Made by a program: the position numbers and the translations under genes. DNA of 61,327 nucleotides, the filler included. It is 6 parts of 6 records of this genome, joined end to end, with 100 filler letters (N's around TTAATTAATTAA, not from the genome) between each part and the next. Parts side by side here need not be neighbours in the genome. Positions count along the whole stretch, not along the records: positions 36,883 to 42,494 come from SRR31156797_8903; positions 42,595 to 55,845 come from SRR31156797_8905; 4 more parts are not named here. One strand, given 5' to 3'. Positions 41,601 to 49,716 of the stretch are shown here, piece after piece (positions within the stretch are counted from its first letter, which is position 1; every line of letters starts with the position of its first letter). The notes beneath the pieces are model-generated. The model saw nothing but the letters and a program-made list of their open reading frames with translations. It made no database searches and was not told where the DNA came from.

Positions 41601-41831
41601 TTCGTTTGGTACATAATTCGCAATTGAAATTTTCATCCCTTCATCATCCTCATCAATTTGAAGGTTCTCGATGGAAATATTTTCAGCAATACGAATGGAG
41701 TCGGAGCAGTATGAAAGTGTTATCGAATCAGGATTAACAATATCAGGGGGTATTGTTTGGGCAAACACTAAACCGATACTTCCCGTTAAATAAAAAACAA
41801 GCGAAATAAGTATCGGTTTAGTGTACTGCAT
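38610..41831 (-). CDS. T9SS type-B CTD (gliding-motility-associated C-terminal domain) surface protein with C-type lectin and PKD domains
   Basis: Signal peptide; CTL motifs TWTAARDKA..YLATITSKEENDF..WIGAND..WNTGEPNN..WNDL; PKD WDFGDG; CTD PNAFSPN..IFNRWGEEIF..GWTG..GVYAW..GSVTLLF. Confidence 0.9.
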   Translation of the reverse strand: MQYTKPILISLVFYLTGSIGLVFAQTIPPDIVNPDSITLSYCSDSIRIAENISIENLQIDEDDEGMKISIANYVPNEDLLVWKEHNQFSYNWDEAKGQLEIVGIGTDKEYEDAISDVYYKNIAEVPTLGVRSFSITLLDADYLPKTDHFYRYISQRGITWTAARDKAAAMEYYGLQGYLATITSKEENDFIWTKIEGVGWIGANDSLTEGRWTWVTGPEAGTHFWQGTHWSGYKVNRRYSNWNTGEPNNVVKTWGDDEDYAHINADPTSVQKSWNDLSNEGDKDMPTGYYFPQGFIVEFGGLENTKLNLSATATIEVSKIAFSDKREYYICEGESLELNVNAEDVYDYSWSPVDNMLNLNSSNPVVRPTSETIYRAIGKLGTCIDTAYFKVSVNTLPESLLDEDGEEVVCAGDSVVLSPGIHETYLWSNDSTSSEITVVEAGKYWVELTDSLGCATIDTVEVKWSVKPIMDTAKLESLVCGSKTKTIKIAFIQGSANTTLKALDPAKVTVSDPTSLNPKVEVSEYGAYLFELEMEDPYGCSFQDTLMMEFHNQPKAQFDLDEEKCQGYNLELVFIGTTVEESEFTWYYNDDVFRSEVGLDSIIIPLGYGESSRSVGLKVNEQGCIDSLAESVTVIPAMNFWVKENNEGCSPLNVKFGNKDIEKIKSYLWDFGDGETTTSQQPEHAYVNSCTDDLSFDVSLTVVSTEDCMNTGTLYDTVVVHPIPTVDFSFNEADCNDAEMEIWYTGSAKGSDTFKWNLDVFLPDEILVNPGLNKGPLKINRYSSPTAEIGLQVVSQYGCRADYFSKNWKRKPLFEVKVDTTEGCPPLVVSAKAVLLDSVDVVSFYYDLGDGTTGNGDMTEHIFSVPETKYILLFTANSSLTGCSDTMVHAEAIETYPVPDANFTPIPEVVLISEPDISFENQSVGATEYEWDFGNSSPLSDEKNPVHVYSQMGFYTVLLEAYNYRGCSDTISHQVAVAFDQLFPPNAFSPNATLEEDREFRIYSEGVADEGYQLLIFNRWGEEIFESRSQTVGWTGKMLNGNYAPAGVYAWVLQYKDFRGKIHKQKGSVTLLF

Positions 41832-41843
41832 TCGTTCAAACGC

Positions 41844-42494
41844 TTATTTACGATTGGAGAAATACTTCATAAACTGCGATCGCTCGTACATCAACGGATC
41901 CGGAATATTTTTGTATGAAAGACGCCCCCGAAAATCTTCAATTGATTTAAAGTTCCATTTGTCCATAAAAACATTTAAATCTTCAATCATTTTCTCTACA
42001 ACAGTAATCCCATTTACGTATAAGGTTGAACAAAGCTGCGTAACCTGGGCACCCGCCAATAATTGTTTAATCACAGCATCACCATCGTGAATACCGGTTG
42101 ATGCAGCAATATCAAGTTTAGTAACCGAAGAAGCCACTATACCTACCCAACGCAATGAACGCCTTAGGTCTGAAGGGCTGCTAAAAACTTCAGAAGAGGT
42201 TAGCTCAAGCGTTTCAAGATTAATATCCGGTTCATAAAAACGGTTAAACATAACTACTCCTGCAGCACCATTCGCTTTCAATTTATCAGCCATTCCCAGA
42301 ATATTGCTGTGGTTTAATCCAAATTTTACAGAAACTGGAATATTCACCTGGCTTTTAACTTTTTCAAGAACATCAAGATAAAGCTGTTCTACTAAACCAG
42401 GTTTTTCGTGCAGGTCAGTAGGAAGATAAAAAACATTTAGTTCGATGGCATCTGCCCCGGCTTCTTCAAAATCCTTGGCAAAACTGGTCCACTC
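41844..42494 (-). CDS. Dihydroorotate dehydrogenase-like flavoprotein, 3' part
   Basis: AGADAIELNVF, IPVSVK, GVVMFNRFYEPDI, LRWVGI, AASTGIHDG, LLAGAQVTQLCSTLY. Confidence 0.88.
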   Translation of the reverse strand, partial: EWTSFAKDFEEAGADAIELNVFYLPTDLHEKPGLVEQLYLDVLEKVKSQVNIPVSVKFGLNHSNILGMADKLKANGAAGVVMFNRFYEPDINLETLELTSSEVFSSPSDLRRSLRWVGIVASSVTKLDIAASTGIHDGDAVIKQLLAGAQVTQLCSTLYVNGITVVEKMIEDLNVFMDKWNFKSIEDFRGRLSYKNIPDPLMYERSQFMKYFSNRK

Positions 42495-42594
42495 NNNNNN
42501 NNNNNNNNNNNNNNNNNNNNNNNNNNNNNNNNNNNNNNTTAATTAATTAANNNNNNNNNNNNNNNNNNNNNNNNNNNNNNNNNNNNNNNNNNNN
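42495..42594. other. Artificial contig spacer
   Basis: N run with central TTAATTAATTAA. Confidence 0.99.
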
Positions 42595-43311
42595 GGAGCA
42601 GTTCTGCTCATGGTCGGCATGGAGTATTAGCAGTTTGTTCATGGCTGCAACAACTTCAGGCTGAACCGTATACGGCCGGACAGGTGTATCAAACATCATA
42701 TTCAGGAAATTGCCGCAATAGGAGAGATCGTTGCGTGGGTAAACCAGTGGGTGACCAATGGACTTTTTGTAGGAAAAAGCGGCAATAGTACGAATTTTTG
42801 ATATCAGGCGACCGGCGGTATTATTAATGTTCAACAATGGGTCGTCAACCATCTCCGGATAGTAATTGTGCAGGGTGTTAACCATGACGGAGAGGATGGA
42901 CATTGGCGAGGCGTTGGGTGGAAAATGATCAAAGAAATGAATCATATCCTCATGAAGTAGAGCGTACTCTTCGAGCAGGGTTCGAAAATGCTCCAGTTCT
43001 TCGCGGTTAGGCAGTTTGTTGTGGAGCAGGAGGTAGGCAACTTCAATGAAAAGGCATTTTTCAGCCAAGTCTTCAATATCATACCCGCGATAGCGTAAAA
43101 TACCCTTGTTACCATCGAGATAGGTGATAGAACTACTGCATGAAGCAGAATTTTTGGAGCCGACATCATAGGTGGTAAACCCTGTATCTTTCAACAGTCT
43201 TGAGATGTCGATCGCTTTGTCCCCTTCTGCACCTTTTAGAATTGGCAGGTCGTAGGTTTTATCACTAATGGTCAACTGTGCGTGGGTATTTTTTTTTACT
43301 ATATCGGTCAT
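42595..43311 (-). CDS. gltA: Citrate synthase (type II), 5' part
   Basis: SSITYLDGNKGILRYRGYDIEDLAE, YPRNDLSYCGNFLNMMF, LILHADHEQNCS. Confidence 0.96.
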
Positions 43312-43671
43312 AAGTTGTTTTACCTGGGAATAAATTGTAATATCGACTCTCTTGAAATACAGGGTGACGATTAACGGGCACTACAGATTAAAAGAAACAC
43401 CTCGAAAAAAAGATGCGATGGCCCACTGGTTAAGGTAGATTAGCGAGGTGTTGTTTCGATTCCGTTCCAGAAAAATACACATCCATGTGAGGATGTGGGG
43501 TCTTTCTACGGTTGAGGCCTACTTTGATTACCAGTAAGTACATTACTTGATTGGTGAAAAAAAATCAAGTTTGTAAGTCTGGAGGGGGGCGATCAACCCT
43601 ATGGGGCAAGTTTGTTTTTATCTGAAATTATAGAGAAATAGCCTCTGCTGAGGTCGAAGGTTGGTAGCTGT

Positions 43672-44349
43672 ATGCAAGACGAATTAAAAGAAATGCGAGG
43701 GGCCATCAGGGAAATCATGGAATATGCCGTGCCTGACGGTTTTTTGGAAAAGGCCGAAGATCTGCTTGATGTATATCACGAAGACAGAATCGGCCTTAAT
43801 GTACTGCTGGAGTTTTATAGGACACTTCCCGATGCTCAAGAAACCTTGATTAAGGATATTGTTTTATTTTCACGTCATCAGGGTGTTTTCTTGTTGGGGG
43901 CGATGACCGGTCTCGGTGAAGGGTACCTTTATTTAGTATCCAGTGAGGGGATTGAGTTTCAAGGCAGCGTTAGCGATGGTTTTCTTGCCCAGGAACTGCT
44001 TGATTTCTTTCAGTACGAAAGTGAGGAAGAATTTAAGAGAATATGTGCCGATCATGATCGGTTCGTTTCGTATGAGCCGCTGCAAATTGATGAGGATGTA
44101 TGCCCTGCATGCCATGCCTGTACAGGCGAGGAACATGAACTTGGGTGTCCTGTGGAGATATGTCCTTGGTGTGGCGGACAATTTGTTAATTGTAGCTGTC
44201 GTTTTGAACAATTGGGCTTAGATGCCATAAGCACTGAGCAGGAATTGATTGAGCTTGAAGCGCTGCTTAAGGAGCGAGGGCGGATTCCGTACTCCCGTGA
44301 GCAGCGACCAAGCTTTGCCGATGAAGGGCCTGGAATTATGGTGGAATAG
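43672..44349 (+). CDS. Hypothetical protein with C-terminal Cys/His-rich metal-binding domain
   Basis: CPACHACTGEEHELGCPVEICPWCGGQFVNCSC. Confidence 0.75.
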   Translation: MQDELKEMRGAIREIMEYAVPDGFLEKAEDLLDVYHEDRIGLNVLLEFYRTLPDAQETLIKDIVLFSRHQGVFLLGAMTGLGEGYLYLVSSEGIEFQGSVSDGFLAQELLDFFQYESEEEFKRICADHDRFVSYEPLQIDEDVCPACHACTGEEHELGCPVEICPWCGGQFVNCSCRFEQLGLDAISTEQELIELEALLKERGRIPYSREQRPSFADEGPGIMVE

Positions 44350-44380
44350 ATGAGCTGAATGCCGCGTTGAAAATGAAGGA

Positions 44381-44417
44381 ACAAAAAAGGCAGTGTGTTA
44401 GACACGGCCTTTTTTGT
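44381..44417. terminator. Bidirectional terminator
   Basis: ACAAAAAAGGCAGTGT-gttag-ACACGGCCTTTTTTGT between convergent genes. Confidence 0.7.
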
Positions 44418-44442
44418 ACTATATACTGCGGAGGTGTACCAA

Positions 44443-45390
44443 TTATTTTGCTTTGAGCGATTCCAGGTATTGGAACAAGTCAGAATCAGACGAGAGCACC
44501 AGCGAGGTGTTGCTGGTGATAATGTCTCTATAACTTTCCAGACTTTTTATGAAAGCAAAGAATTCAGGATCAGTAGAATAGGCTTTACCATAAATTTTGG
44601 TTGCTTCGGCATCAGCCTTACCTTGTATTTCGACAGCCTCACGCTTTGCTTTAGAAGTGATTTCTTTCAGTTCCCGCTCAACTCGGCCAAGAATCTCCGC
44701 TTTTCGCCCTTCACCAAGAGAGCGTTTTTCAGCGGCGATACGCTTACGTTCGGAAATCATACGGTCATACACCTTCTCCCTTACTGAGTCGATGTAGTTC
44801 ACTCGTTTAAACATGACATCAATCAGCTCGATGCCGTATTTGGGCATAACTTTAGCAGCCGCTTCCAGTACCATCTCGCTTATCCTGTCACGTCCCAGTT
44901 CGGGAGGAGCGATCATATCCCTATTCTGGCTGGTGGATGTCATGTACTCTTTATTCCAATCAGAGCTACGGATGATTTCAATCAGGTCGTGCTTGTTAAC
45001 AAGGTCACGCAAGGTACCGTCAAGGATATCGTCAAGCAAGGTGCGGGCACGATTTTCGGAGCCAACAGCCTCGAGAAAACGTAAGGAGTCGGTAATGCGC
45101 CAGCGAGCGTTGGTATCCAAATAAATAAAAGTTTTATCGTTGGTCGGAATCTGGTTTGGTGCACCATCCCAGATCAGGATTTTTTTCTCAAAAAGACGGA
45201 TGTCCTGGATAAAGGGCATTTTTAATTTTAAGCCGGCTTCAGTTTGCGGCTCGCCAACCGGCGCCCCGAACTGGGTAATAACAGCCTGCTGCCCTTCTTT
45301 AAGGATATAAAAGCCATCCCAGACAGTAACTCCCAGAGCTACAACAATAATTAATCCTAAAATTTGAAGTATTTTCTTCATGGGTCTCAC
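44443..45390 (-). CDS. hflC: FtsH protease modulator HflC
   Basis: QAVITQFG, GLKLKMPFIQ, VYDRMISERKRIA, GKADAEATKIY..AYSTDPEFFAFIKSLESY. Confidence 0.95.
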   Translation of the reverse strand: MRPMKKILQILGLIIVVALGVTVWDGFYILKEGQQAVITQFGAPVGEPQTEAGLKLKMPFIQDIRLFEKKILIWDGAPNQIPTNDKTFIYLDTNARWRITDSLRFLEAVGSENRARTLLDDILDGTLRDLVNKHDLIEIIRSSDWNKEYMTSTSQNRDMIAPPELGRDRISEMVLEAAAKVMPKYGIELIDVMFKRVNYIDSVREKVYDRMISERKRIAAEKRSLGEGRKAEILGRVERELKEITSKAKREAVEIQGKADAEATKIYGKAYSTDPEFFAFIKSLESYRDIITSNTSLVLSSDSDLFQYLESLKAK

Positions 45391-45431
45391 ATGGTTAGAG
45401 TAGAAGCATAAGACAATTGATTGTCATGTTT

Positions 45432-46550
45432 TTACTGGTTTGTTGGCCTACTGTTTTTCTGCCCTTTTCCAGTCAGGTCCAGAAAAGGAATCACGGCCTG
45501 GTTGCTTTTATCCATCACGTAAACCTGTTCAACATTGGGCAGGATGTCCTGCATTGCTTCCAGGTACATTCGTTGCCTGGTAACTTCTTTTGCCCCTTGG
45601 TATTCTTTTAAAATAGCACTAAACCTGTTGGTTTCTCCCAGCGCGCGGTTGGTTCGTTCAACAGCATAACCACGTGCTTCTTCAACGGTTTGTTTTGCGC
45701 TACCACGGGCTTTTGGGATCACACGGTTGTAGGTTTCCTCTGCTTCATTGACCAGTCGTTTCATATCCTGATCGGCAACGTTAACTTCGTTAAAGGCAGG
45801 TTTAACCTTTTCTGGGGGGTTGATATCCTGGAGTTGGAGGGTCACAATGCTTACCCCTGCTTCAAGGTTGTCAAGTTCTCCCTGCAGTTCTTTTTTTGCA
45901 TCTGCAGCGAGAATTTCACGGTTACTCAGCACGTAGTCAAAATCCATATTGCCGACAATCCGGCGTGTAACCATTTCCGAGGCATCGCGTACAGCCTGGG
46001 ATACGTTTCGCACCTTAAAGAGATAGTTCACTGGATCGTTGACAATGTACTGCACAATCCAGGCTACTTCGATCACGTTCTTGTCACCGGTTAACATCAG
46101 GGCTTCCATGTCAAAACCGCGGCGATTATAGCTGGCTGCTTTACCTGCAGTTTTGGTACGAAAACCGAATTCTTCTTTCCGCACAGCCTCCACATTCACT
46201 TTATACAACTCTTCAATGAACGGAATTTTAAAATGAAGACCAGGATCTGTTGTTCGAGAGTACTTACCAAAACTGAGCATAACCCCTACTTCGCCTGGTT
46301 GAATGGTGTAGAAGGAGGAGTAGATGACTTGAAACAGGAAAACAGCAGTAACAATCATCACCACCTTTCCCATTCCGGCAAACATCCCCGGTCCTTCTGC
46401 AGGTGGTTGTCCGTCGTCATCACCTTGACCAGCAGGTTTTTGCTCATTGGTAAAAGATTCTCTGATCTTGCGGATGAGCGCAGCAAGAAAATCTTCAGGT
46501 GAAGAGGGACGTTTTTTCTGTCCCCAAGGCGGTTGTTCGTTCATTGGCAT
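45432..46550 (-). CDS. hflK: FtsH protease modulator HflK
   Basis: PGLHFKIPFIE, LMLTGDKN, QDINPPEKVKPAFNEV, IPKARG, VTRQRMYLEAM. Confidence 0.95.
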   Translation of the reverse strand: MPMNEQPPWGQKKRPSSPEDFLAALIRKIRESFTNEQKPAGQGDDDGQPPAEGPGMFAGMGKVVMIVTAVFLFQVIYSSFYTIQPGEVGVMLSFGKYSRTTDPGLHFKIPFIEELYKVNVEAVRKEEFGFRTKTAGKAASYNRRGFDMEALMLTGDKNVIEVAWIVQYIVNDPVNYLFKVRNVSQAVRDASEMVTRRIVGNMDFDYVLSNREILAADAKKELQGELDNLEAGVSIVTLQLQDINPPEKVKPAFNEVNVADQDMKRLVNEAEETYNRVIPKARGSAKQTVEEARGYAVERTNRALGETNRFSAILKEYQGAKEVTRQRMYLEAMQDILPNVEQVYVMDKSNQAVIPFLDLTGKGQKNSRPTNQ

Positions 46551-46774
46551 GGATGTACCTCTGGTTATTCAGGTTGGCGGTGATAATGGGTAGACACCTT
46601 TCAACTTTTGCGACAGTTTTTTGACATGTGAAAAATTGAGTGACCATCATTCACTGCTAAATTTTTAATAAACGCACCTTAATGTATGCACATTGGGACC
46701 CAACGTCAATCCTGAATCATCACAAAATTGGAGAAAGAGTCGTTGTAAGCACTCTCTTGCCAGCTGTACATTTG

Positions 46775-47752
46775 TTAAAGGCTGCTCCAGGCTGAACCCC
46801 AGCATAACAGGAGGAAAAAAAGTGACACAAGCATGAGTAGAAACTGCACCTGGTTGGTAGCTGCTACTCTTACCAGCTTTTGGTGATTACAGACTACACC
46901 CATGATAATGCCACTCATAAAACCAAAAAAGTGGGCACCGATATCTGTAGTTGGGCCTGCACTGCCAAGAAAGGTAAGTAAAGCAATGCCTGCGCCCAAA
47001 GGGAGAACATATTGTTTAAGGGAGGTCTTTTGCGCAGATCTGAGTCTAATGCCGGTCAAGATACCAATGGCGGCAAATACAGCAGTGGAAAAACCGACAG
47101 ACAGGTGTGGTTGATCACGAACCAGAATGTTGATCAAATTTCCCGCAGTACCCGTCATGAGCACCAAAAACCAGCACAATCCATAGCCGACTGCACGACT
47201 AAGTAAAAGAATAATGTTGGCTCCAATGAGGCAGTTCCCCACCAGATGTACGATGTCAGCATGCAGAGTTAGGGCGGTAACAAGTCTCCACCATTGGTTT
47301 TCGACCAGAATTTTCTGGCTGTCAATGGCGCCGATTATAAACCAAGAGTTGTCAGCGTTCCAATCTCCTGTCTGCCAGAAAAAAATGGCAAGTAGGCTCA
47401 TTAAGAAAATTGTTGCTTGTGGATAAAAAAAAGGCGGCTGCCATGTTTGCTCGGGCAGGGGAGGCCAGTTTTTGTTTTCTTCTGTATATTTATCCAGTTG
47501 TAATAATGCAGTGCGAGCGTGACTTTTGTCGACCACAATTGAACGGTTGGCTGGATCTATTAGATGATCAATATCTTTGGCCGTGAGGACAAGTGAAAAT
47601 GTTTCGAGTTGTTGGGCTGAGCCGGTGGCTATCACCACCTGGTCTGGAACGTTAGTTTTTAGGAGAGTTAAATCCATAGGAAGTGTCATTTGCGTGTCAA
47701 CTATTACCGTCAGTTCTTGTGGACAGTACCTTGACCCAGGGTAAAAAGGCAT
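46775..47752 (-). CDS. Rhomboid intramembrane serine protease (start possibly about 60-75 nt downstream)
   Basis: WWRLVTALTLHADIVHLVGN, VGFS (catalytic Ser), DIGAHFFG (catalytic His). Confidence 0.9.
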   Translation of the reverse strand: MPFYPGSRYCPQELTVIVDTQMTLPMDLTLLKTNVPDQVVIATGSAQQLETFSLVLTAKDIDHLIDPANRSIVVDKSHARTALLQLDKYTEENKNWPPLPEQTWQPPFFYPQATIFLMSLLAIFFWQTGDWNADNSWFIIGAIDSQKILVENQWWRLVTALTLHADIVHLVGNCLIGANIILLLSRAVGYGLCWFLVLMTGTAGNLINILVRDQPHLSVGFSTAVFAAIGILTGIRLRSAQKTSLKQYVLPLGAGIALLTFLGSAGPTTDIGAHFFGFMSGIIMGVVCNHQKLVRVAATNQVQFLLMLVSLFFLLLCWGSAWSSL

Positions 47753-47857
47753 TATGTTTGTTGCATCTCACAGGGAGATACTGTAAACACTCAAACTCTA
47801 AATCCCATCTTTTTTAGTGGGTGGACCAACAAAAAATACATTGCTGGAAAAACAATT

Positions 47858-48790
47858 ATGATGACACAATTAAGTAAACTGGCACCGTTTTTTCTGATTC
47901 TCTTTGCAGTGATGTTCTGTGAGGCAGGAATTACGACAGATTATGCCGACGCCCGTATGAAAATGGGTGGAAAAAGCTTTAGCCGCTCTGCCCCCAAAAC
48001 AACGTCTAAAGCACCGGCTCAAACCAAGTCGGCTCAGCAGGGAAATAAATCAGGTTTTGGTAAAGGGCTTGCGGGAGGCTTGTTGGGCGGAGCCCTTGGA
48101 GGACTCCTGCTTGGCAGTATGTTCGGCATGGGCGGCAGCGGTATGGGGATTCTGCCATTATTGCTTTTAGGGGTGGCCGGTTACTTCTTATATAAAAAGT
48201 TTGTTGCCAGACCCACTGGCTCCTCATCTACAGGGTATAAACCACCACCATTTGATAAAAATACCTTTTCCGGTGGCGCTTTTTCTGACCAGGCCAAAAG
48301 TTCTGCTCCTCCGGTACCTCCCATTCGAGAGGTAAATCCCCTTGAGGAAGGCATTGCTGAAATCCGGACCACTGATCCTGGATTTGATGAGAACTATTTT
48401 GTGGAAATAGCTTCGGATGTGTTTTTTAAACTTCAGGCAGGCTGGATGCGACGCGATCTTCCCAGCTTCAGCCATCTGTTGGGGACACAATTGGCAGGCG
48501 AGTATGAAAAGCATTTTGCGGAGATGAAGGCTAAAGGCCAAATCAATAAGTTGGAAAGCATTGCCATTAGAAAAGTGGTAGTCGTAGATGCCGGGAAGCA
48601 GGGGGACGAAGATTTTGTTACTGTTTTGTTCACTGCCAACCTGCTTGACTATACCGTTGACGATAAAACCGGGGATGTGGTTGACGGGAGCATGACAGAG
48701 CCTGTAAAGTTTGCAGAGAAATGGACGTGGGCCAGGCCAGAACGAACCGAAGATTGGAAACTGGAAGGCATTGATGTGGTTGACGGCTGA
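47858..48790 (+). CDS. Tim44 domain membrane protein
   Basis: ARMKMGGKSFSR, Gly-rich TM, DPGFDENYF, FKLQAGW, KFAEKWTWAR, WKLEGI. Confidence 0.88.
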   Translation: MMTQLSKLAPFFLILFAVMFCEAGITTDYADARMKMGGKSFSRSAPKTTSKAPAQTKSAQQGNKSGFGKGLAGGLLGGALGGLLLGSMFGMGGSGMGILPLLLLGVAGYFLYKKFVARPTGSSSTGYKPPPFDKNTFSGGAFSDQAKSSAPPVPPIREVNPLEEGIAEIRTTDPGFDENYFVEIASDVFFKLQAGWMRRDLPSFSHLLGTQLAGEYEKHFAEMKAKGQINKLESIAIRKVVVVDAGKQGDEDFVTVLFTANLLDYTVDDKTGDVVDGSMTEPVKFAEKWTWARPERTEDWKLEGIDVVDG

Positions 48791-48816
48791 TTGTAATAAT
48801 CACTTGTAAGTGATTG

Positions 48817-48857
48817 AAAGCTGCATGCCGGTTGTATGGTATGCAGCTTTTTTTATT
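48817..48857 (+). terminator. Rho-independent terminator
   Basis: AAAGCTGCATGCC-ggttgtat-GGTATGCAGCTTTTTTT after the Tim44 gene. Confidence 0.8.
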
Positions 48858-49022
48858 TGTGATGAAGGGGCGGGTAAGCCAAGGAGTTCTTTGAATGGAG
48901 TGAATTTTTTTAAAAAGATGCGAATTCAGTTGTATGGAGGAACGGTTGCCGCTAGGATGGTTGTTGTTAAAAGATGTTAATTCTCGATGATTTAGAAGGG
49001 TAACGACTAGTTAAAACACAAT

Positions 49023-49712
49023 ATGATGCAAGAAGAGACCGTTAAATATACAGATGTTATTGTACCCGTTTTTAACGAAGAAGAAATACTTCCGGAGTTT
49101 CACCGTCGGGTGACAGCCTTGGGCCTCCCCCTGAACCTTATTTATGTGGATAATGCCTCGACTGACAAGTCGGTGGAGATTATTTCCTCTTTTGAGGACG
49201 TTACCCTGATTCGTCATGCCGTAAATGAAGGGTATGGTGGATCGTTGCTGGATGGAATAGCAAACTCAAGCAATGAAAAGATTCTTATCATTGATGCTGA
49301 CTGTGAGTACCCACCAGAGGCCATCCCGGATCTTATTGAAAAGCTTGACCATACTGATGTGGTCTATACCAGTCGTTTTTTAGGCGGAAGAAATCGGTTT
49401 ATGCCCCTGACCAAACGATTGGGTAATCAACTTATCTCATGGTTGTTTAACCTGCTCTATGACCAGAATGTGACGGATCTTTATACCGGGTGCAAAGCGT
49501 TTAACCGGTCAGCCCTGCATGAGGTGCAATTATCACGCAAAGGCTTTGAACACGTGCTGGAACTCGGTATCGCCTTTGCCCGGAGAAAGATTACCATTAA
49601 GGAGATCGGGGTTGATTTTACCCCTCGCCATACCGGGGAGGCTAAAATGAAACACCTGTCCGAGACCTTGAAGTATCTCTATCTCACTTTCTATTATTTC
49701 CTGACTAGGTGA
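49023..49712 (+). CDS. Glycosyltransferase family 2 (DPM1/ArnC-like)
   Basis: VIVPVFNEE, VDNASTD, NEGYGGS, IDADCEYPP, DLYTGCKAF. Confidence 0.9.
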   Translation: MMQEETVKYTDVIVPVFNEEEILPEFHRRVTALGLPLNLIYVDNASTDKSVEIISSFEDVTLIRHAVNEGYGGSLLDGIANSSNEKILIIDADCEYPPEAIPDLIEKLDHTDVVYTSRFLGGRNRFMPLTKRLGNQLISWLFNLLYDQNVTDLYTGCKAFNRSALHEVQLSRKGFEHVLELGIAFARRKITIKEIGVDFTPRHTGEAKMKHLSETLKYLYLTFYYFLTR

Positions 49713-49716
49713 GGCC

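Noticed and set aside
44101-44121. CxxCH haem-c motif (CPACH)
   Set aside because: No signal peptide, and it sits within a larger Cys cluster better explained by metal binding.
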